Shown here piece by piece: positions 57,160 to 64,000 of a DNA stretch of 64,000 nt. The stretch is from an uncultured Solirubrobacteraceae bacterium (lineage in GTDB: Bacteria > Actinomycetota > Thermoleophilia > Solirubrobacterales > Solirubrobacteraceae). How positions within the stretch are numbered: the stretch's first letter is position 1; each line of letters begins with the position of its first letter. The translations under genes were made by a program, and so were the position numbers. A model generated the notes under the pieces. The model had not been told where the DNA came from and did not search any database. It saw only the letters and a list, made by a program, of their open reading frames with translations. The stretch lies in the NCBI GenBank assembly GCA_964588985.1, contig CAZPQW010000013.1:33966-97965 (forward strand). The letters run 5' to 3'.

Positions 57160-57566
57160 GCCTCCTCCGGCGTGTCGGCAGACTCGTCCCCAGCCGCAGG
57201 CTGCGCCCAGAACCCGGCCTTCTCGATCAGCTCCCTCAAAGACGACTCCACTCCCGCGAGGCCCTCGCGCTCGGCGAGATCTCCAGCGGGCGGGCGGGCC
57301 ACGACCACGAAGTCGTGCCCCTCGCGCAATCCGCTCTCGGTATTGGCGAAGGCTTCGCGTAGGAGCCGCTTCACGCGGTTGCGCTCTACCGCCCCACCGA
57401 CCTTGCGCGAGACCGACAGGCCGAGCCTGCACCCCTCCGCATCGCTGTTGGGGAACGCGTACAGAACGAGGTGACGGTTGGCCGTCGAGCGCCCGTGACG
57501 GTACACGCGCTCGAACTCAGCGCTGCGCGACAGGCGCCCGCCGCGGCCGGAGGATCGCGGCCTCAT
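57156..57566 (-). CDS. rnpA: Ribonuclease P protein component
   Basis: RLSRSAEF, RLGLSVSRKVGGAVERNRVKRLLRE. Confidence 0.93.
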   Translation of the reverse strand: MRPRSSGRGGRLSRSAEFERVYRHGRSTANRHLVLYAFPNSDAEGCRLGLSVSRKVGGAVERNRVKRLLREAFANTESGLREGHDFVVVARPPAGDLAEREGLAGVESSLRELIEKAGFWAQPAAGDESADTPEEA

Positions 57567-57609
57567 CGCGTGTCCCTCGCCCACAGCAGCAGGTGCCACT
57601 CGAAACCCC

Positions 57610-57744
57610 TCAGGTGGAGAGGCGCTTGCGACCCTTGTCGCGGCGGCGCTTCAACAGCAGCCGGCCGGCTCGGGTGCTCATGCGCGCACGGAAGCCATGG
57701 GCACGGGCTCGCTTGCGCTTCTTCGGTTGGTAGGTGCGCTTCAT
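57610..57744 (-). CDS. rpmH: 50S ribosomal protein L34
   Basis: Manual translation [44 protein letters not shown]. Confidence 0.97.
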   Translation of the reverse strand: MKRTYQPKKRKRARAHGFRARMSTRAGRLLLKRRRDKGRKRLST

Positions 57745-57992
57745 GGTCTAGTTCTCCACGTAGGGTTGCGTTCCTCCGGCGAGCGGGCGCAACGAATCGC
57801 GCACGACACTCGACGGGTCGCGGGGTCCAGTATAGGACCGAGGCGGCCCGGGTGATTTTTTCCGCCAATTGCGGCTAGCTTCATCGGCCCCTCCAAACCC
57901 GTTGGGTATAGTCGCTCGACCGGACTCCCAGCGAGTCCCCCTCTGAATAGTTCCATCACCTTCTTCCGGGAGAGAAGCCGATAAGCGCTGCC

Positions 57993-59423
57993 GTGAGCAC
58001 CGAGCTCGAGCACATATGGTCACGGGTGCAAACCCAGCTCTCGCTCGTCGTCGACGAGCCCACCTACCGTCTCTGGTTGGCCGATCTGCACCCGGTCGAA
58101 CTCGTCGAGGAGCGACTACTAGTCGCAGCGCCGCCCAACGCCCGTAGGTGGATCGGCGAGCGCTTCGGACGGGTCCTCCAGGCCAGCGTCGAGCTCGTCA
58201 TCGGCCCAGATGCACAGGTCGAGCTGCTCGCCGACACGGCCACAGACGAGCAGGTCTCCGGGCGCCGTCGGCGGATCGTGCCCGATCGCAGCCGCCGGCA
58301 ACCGCGCTCACAGACCTCTGACGGACGCGAGCACGACGCTCCTGCACCGTCTTCCTCGAGCACGACGCTCCATCTCGGGCCTCTCGGAAACCCAAAGCTC
58401 ACGTTCGACCAGTTCGTCATCGGCGACAGCAACCGCCTCGCGCACGCCGCCGCGTTGACGGTCGCTGAGATGCCGGCGCAGGCCTACAACCCGCTCTTCA
58501 TCTATGGACCGCCTGGCGTCGGCAAGACACACCTGATGAGCTCGATCGCGAACCTCCTGCTGGCTCACAACCCCGAGCTCAGCGTTCGCTGCAGCACCGG
58601 CGAGGCGTTCACCAACGAGTTCCTTGCGGCGCTCTCAGACGGAAGCACCGAGCAATTCAAGGCCGGCTTTCGCGACATCGACGTGCTGTTGATGGACGAT
58701 GTCCAGTTCCTCGAGCGCAAGACCAAGACCGAGGAGGAGTTCTTCCACACCTTCAACGCCCTCCACGACTGCGGCCGACAGATCGTGCTCACCTCCGACC
58801 GACCGCCGCACGACCTCCAAGCACTCGAGGATCGCCTGCGCGAGCGCTTTCAGGCCGGCCTCGTCGCCGACATCGCTCCACCCGACCTCGCCACCCGCTT
58901 GACGATCCTTCGCAAGCGTGCCCATCACGACCAGCTCGACCTGGCCGACGACAGCGCACTGGTCGTCATTGCAGAGCACGTGCGTACCAACGTCAGGGCT
59001 CTCGAGGGAGCGTTGATCCGCATCGTCGCCTTCAGCTCGCTCACCGGCCGACCACTGACAGCACAGCTAGCCCAGGAGGTGCTTGCGAACCTCTATCCAC
59101 AATCGTCCTCGCCCGGGCAACGCAAACGCACCGTCGAGGAGATCCAGACCGCCACCTGCGCGCAGTTCGACATCTCCCCAGACGAGCTCCTCTCCACCGC
59201 CCGCGCCCCTCGAATCGCATGGCCACGGCAGCTAGCGATGTACCTGTCCCGCGAGCTCACCGAGGAATCGCTACCGGCAATCGGCCGACACTTCGGCGGC
59301 AGGGATCACACGACGGTCCTCCATGCCTGGAGGCGCGTGGGCTCGCGTATCTCCTCCGACGACACCTCCCGCGAGGCTGTGGAGAAGCTGTGCCAAAGCC
59401 TCGATTGCTCCACACCGCCATGA
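57993..59423 (+). CDS. dnaA: Chromosomal replication initiator DnaA
   Basis: TFDQFVIG.SN, YNPLFIYG..GVGKTHL, DDVQF, NVRALEG, GGRDHTTV. Confidence 0.97.
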   Translation: MSTELEHIWSRVQTQLSLVVDEPTYRLWLADLHPVELVEERLLVAAPPNARRWIGERFGRVLQASVELVIGPDAQVELLADTATDEQVSGRRRRIVPDRSRRQPRSQTSDGREHDAPAPSSSSTTLHLGPLGNPKLTFDQFVIGDSNRLAHAAALTVAEMPAQAYNPLFIYGPPGVGKTHLMSSIANLLLAHNPELSVRCSTGEAFTNEFLAALSDGSTEQFKAGFRDIDVLLMDDVQFLERKTKTEEEFFHTFNALHDCGRQIVLTSDRPPHDLQALEDRLRERFQAGLVADIAPPDLATRLTILRKRAHHDQLDLADDSALVVIAEHVRTNVRALEGALIRIVAFSSLTGRPLTAQLAQEVLANLYPQSSSPGQRKRTVEEIQTATCAQFDISPDELLSTARAPRIAWPRQLAMYLSRELTEESLPAIGRHFGGRDHTTVLHAWRRVGSRISSDDTSREAVEKLCQSLDCSTPP

Positions 59424-59576
59424 TCACGTCTCCGACGACCGCTCCGCCTGAGAGACTTCTCGAGCCTCTGTCCACAGGCTCACCCACCGACCCACACGTC
59501 ACAGCCCCAGCAATACAGCCAATACCCACAGATTCACAGCCCCTACTAAGTTCTATCTCTACCTCGTAGACAAGTC
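59378..59576. other. Putative oriC (dnaA-dnaN spacer)
   Basis: DnaA-box-like TGTGGAGAA (59378), CTGTCCACA (59468), ATACCCACA and GATTCACA (59522-59538), then GCCCC and a CTA-rich trio-like tract. Confidence 0.75.
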
Positions 59577-60689
59577 ATGAAGCTCTCGATCTCCGTCAGC
59601 CACCTCCTCGCTCAGCTGCAAACAGCTTCGCGCGTCGCCTCGACCCGCAGTGCCGTCCAGGCGCTCTCCGGCGTGATGATCTCCGCCCAGCCCGACAGCA
59701 CCCCCGAGCTGTTGGCCACTGACATGGAGATCGGTCTGCGCGTTCCGCTGTCTGCCGAGGTGGCAAGGCCGGGATCCGCCGTTCTTCCCGCTCGCCTGCT
59801 CCTCGATGTTGTCCGCTCACTTTCCGGCGATCAGCTGACGCTCGAGCTGCGCAGCGCCGAGCAGGACGTAGAGCTGATCTGCGGGGCGACGACCTTCCAT
59901 CTGCGCACGCTCCGCGCCGAGGATTTCCCGACGCTGCCCGCGCCGTCGCCGGACACGCGCATCACGCTGCCGATGGAGGCGTTCGTGCAGACCATCTCTC
60001 GCGTCGCCCGCTCGGCCTCGCGCGACGAGACGCGCCCCGTCCTCACGGGCATCCTGATGTCCGCCTCCGGGCAGGAGCTGCGCATGGTCGCCACCGACTC
60101 CTACAGGCTGAGCGTCAAGGAGACCGCGCTCGAGGCGGCGCTCCCGGACGGACTCGAGGCCAACATCCCCGCGAGAGCGCTGCAGGAGCTCGTGCGCATC
60201 GCCCAACAGGCGCCCGGCGACTCCATCTCAGTCAGCGTGGGGCAGAACCAGGTCATCTTCGAGGTCGGGGAGATCGTCCTCTCCTCCCGGCTGATCGACG
60301 GCCAGTTCCCCAACTACCGCCAGCTGCTGCCCGAGTCGGTGGAGCACGAACTGCGTCTGTCGAGCGCGGAGGTCACCGACGTGGTGCGCCGGATCAGCCT
60401 GCTCGCGCAGAAGAACGCGCCGCTGCGCCTCAGCTTCAGCGAGGGCACGCTCACGATCTCCGCCCAGACCCCCGACGTCGGCGAGGCCAGCGAGGCGATC
60501 CCAGTGCCGTTCCACGGCGAGGCCTTCGAGATCGGCTTCAACCCCGAGTTCCTCCGCGACGGACTCGAGAGCATCGACTCCGACGAGCTGGTGCTCAAGC
60601 TGATCAGCCCCCTGCGCCCGGGCCTCATCGAATCGCCTGACACCGGGGATTTTGTGTACCTCATCATGCCCATCCGCCTGAACGTCTGA
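59577..60689 (+). CDS. dnaN: DNA polymerase III beta clamp
   Basis: ATDMEI, DETRPVLTG, ATDSYRL, GQFPNY, GFNP, IMPIR. Confidence 0.96.
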   Translation: MKLSISVSHLLAQLQTASRVASTRSAVQALSGVMISAQPDSTPELLATDMEIGLRVPLSAEVARPGSAVLPARLLLDVVRSLSGDQLTLELRSAEQDVELICGATTFHLRTLRAEDFPTLPAPSPDTRITLPMEAFVQTISRVARSASRDETRPVLTGILMSASGQELRMVATDSYRLSVKETALEAALPDGLEANIPARALQELVRIAQQAPGDSISVSVGQNQVIFEVGEIVLSSRLIDGQFPNYRQLLPESVEHELRLSSAEVTDVVRRISLLAQKNAPLRLSFSEGTLTISAQTPDVGEASEAIPVPFHGEAFEIGFNPEFLRDGLESIDSDELVLKLISPLRPGLIESPDTGDFVYLIMPIRLNV

Positions 60690-60699
60690 GACCGGTGCC

Positions 60700-61818
60700 G
60701 TGCGCGTCGTCAGCGTGGAGATGCGCGACTTCCGCACCTACGCTCGCGCCGAGGCGCGGCTCGGAGAGGGGCTCACCGTCGTCCACGGCCCCAACGGCGT
60801 GGGCAAGTCGAACCTGCTCGAGGCCGTCTACTTCGGCTGCACCGCACGCTCGCCGCGCAGCCGCAACGAGCGCGAGCTCCTGGCATTCGGCGCCAAGACG
60901 GCCCGTGTCGTCGTGCGGCTGCTCGACGGCGCCGAGCCCCACGAGCTGACGGTCGGCTACGGAACGGTCGACGGCAGTCCCCAGCCGGTCAAGCGGATGA
61001 CCTCCGACGGCGCCGTGGTGGAGCGTCTGCTGGACATCCCCAACAGGCCGCTCGTCAGCGTGTTCATGCCCGAGCGCCTCGAGCTGATCAAGGGACCGCC
61101 GGCCGTACGCCGCGCCCATCTCGACCAGTTCGTCGCAGCCATCTGGCCTCTGCGCGCCCAGACCCGCCGCGAGTACTCGCGCGTGCTTGCCCAGCGCAAT
61201 GCCCTGATCGCCGGTATACGCACAGGGCGCTCGTCGCAGGCCACGCTGCCCAGCTGGGACCGCGAGCTGGCGAGCAAGGCCATCGCGGTGCGCGACCATC
61301 GCGCCGAGGCCGTCGAGCTCCTCGTGGAGCTATTCGCCGAGCGCACCGCAGCCCTCGGGCTGACCGGGGAGGCAACCCTCGAGTATCGGCCCCGCTCGCG
61401 CGCGGTCGACGAGGAGCAGTTCGTAGAGGAGCTGCAACAGCGCCTCGCCGGCGACCTCGAACGCGGCTTCTCGGGCCATGGGCCCCACCGCGACGAGCTC
61501 GCCTTCCTCCGCGACGGACGCGAGCTGCGCGTGTATGGATCTCAGGGCGAGCAGCGCATGTCGCTGCTGGCGCTACTGCTCGCAGAGCGCACTGTGCTGG
61601 CCCGCGAGCGCGGCCGAACGCCACTGATGCTCCTCGACGACGTCATGAGCGAGCTCGACGGAGATCGCCGCGAGATGCTCGCTCGCGAGCTCTCGACAGG
61701 AGGGCAGAGCGTGATCGCCACGACCGACCTCGCCCACGTCCCCGGCGCCGGAGATGCATCGGTCGCTCGCCTGCGCGTCTCCCCCGGCGCAATCCTGCAG
61801 GAGGCGATCGCCGCATGA
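60700..61818 (+). CDS. recF: DNA replication/repair protein RecF
   Basis: FRTY, GPNGVGKSN, GPHRD, GSQGEQR, LLDDVMSELD. Confidence 0.95.
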   Translation: MRVVSVEMRDFRTYARAEARLGEGLTVVHGPNGVGKSNLLEAVYFGCTARSPRSRNERELLAFGAKTARVVVRLLDGAEPHELTVGYGTVDGSPQPVKRMTSDGAVVERLLDIPNRPLVSVFMPERLELIKGPPAVRRAHLDQFVAAIWPLRAQTRREYSRVLAQRNALIAGIRTGRSSQATLPSWDRELASKAIAVRDHRAEAVELLVELFAERTAALGLTGEATLEYRPRSRAVDEEQFVEELQQRLAGDLERGFSGHGPHRDELAFLRDGRELRVYGSQGEQRMSLLALLLAERTVLARERGRTPLMLLDDVMSELDGDRREMLARELSTGGQSVIATTDLAHVPGAGDASVARLRVSPGAILQEAIAA

Positions 61819-62105
61819 GCCGCGCCGCGCCGCGCATGCTGTCGGTCGCGCTGGACGATCTCACCGCGTCAATCGCGCCCGCCACCACCCTCGCCCGCGT
61901 GCAGGAGATCTGGGACCGCGCCGCCGGGTCCGCGATCGCAGCCTCCGCTCGCCCCACCGCTGAGCGAGACGGCGTACTGACCGTCACCTGCGCCGCCGCG
62001 GTGTGGGCCCAAGAGCTCGATCTGATGGCCGCGCAGCTGATCCCGCGCATCAACGACGCGCTCGGCGCCGAGGCCATTCGCGAGCTGCGCTGCCGCACTG
62101 GTTGA
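61815..62105 (+). CDS. DUF721 / DciA-family protein
   Basis: W...AG..IA, GVLTVTC..AVWAQEL; conserved position between recF and gyrB. Confidence 0.85.
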   Translation: MSRAAPRMLSVALDDLTASIAPATTLARVQEIWDRAAGSAIAASARPTAERDGVLTVTCAAAVWAQELDLMAAQLIPRINDALGAEAIRELRCRTG

Positions 62106-62211
62106 ACCGGCACTTCCAGACCGCCTCTTTTCCCGCCATTTTGCAGGGATTTAGCAGCGTCCAGAGGGGCCCCGCAAACAGCGCGCGTGCTATTATTTAC
62201 GACACAGCTAA

Positions 62212-64000
<1,789 letters not shown>

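Overview
High-GC actinobacterial chromosome window, most consistent with Thermoleophilia/Solirubrobacterales (inference from gene content and order). It spans the replication origin: parB-parA-rsmG-[ORF]-jag-yidC-yidD-rnpA-rpmH divergent from dnaA-oriC-dnaN-recF-DUF721-gyrB. The left part is core metabolism: purU, tatC, a menaquinone/Rieske-cytochrome b/haem cluster (polyprenyl synthase, menG, qcrCBA, hemL, fused AhbAB, hemB), ABC transporters, ddl, cell-wall hydrolases with a c-di-AMP riboswitch, a GGDEF-EAL protein and catabolic genes. An ~8.8 kb element is integrated at tRNA-Ile(GAT), bounded by a 42-bp direct repeat (43728-43769 and 52468-52509). It carries a tyrosine integrase, Xis/XRE/RHH regulators, an MNT-HEPN pair, a membrane protein plus RxxxxH protein pair, a permuted-repeat oriT-like region and a MerR-HTH / operator array / wHTH / dGTPase module that may be anti-phage. 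The best novelty candidates are that dGTPase module, a small LAGLIDADG-like gene embedded in the core jag-rsmG-parAB operon behind a split parS-like palindrome, and a catalytically degenerate prenyltransferase paralogue in the menaquinone cluster. All family calls come from motif recognition by eye, not database searches.
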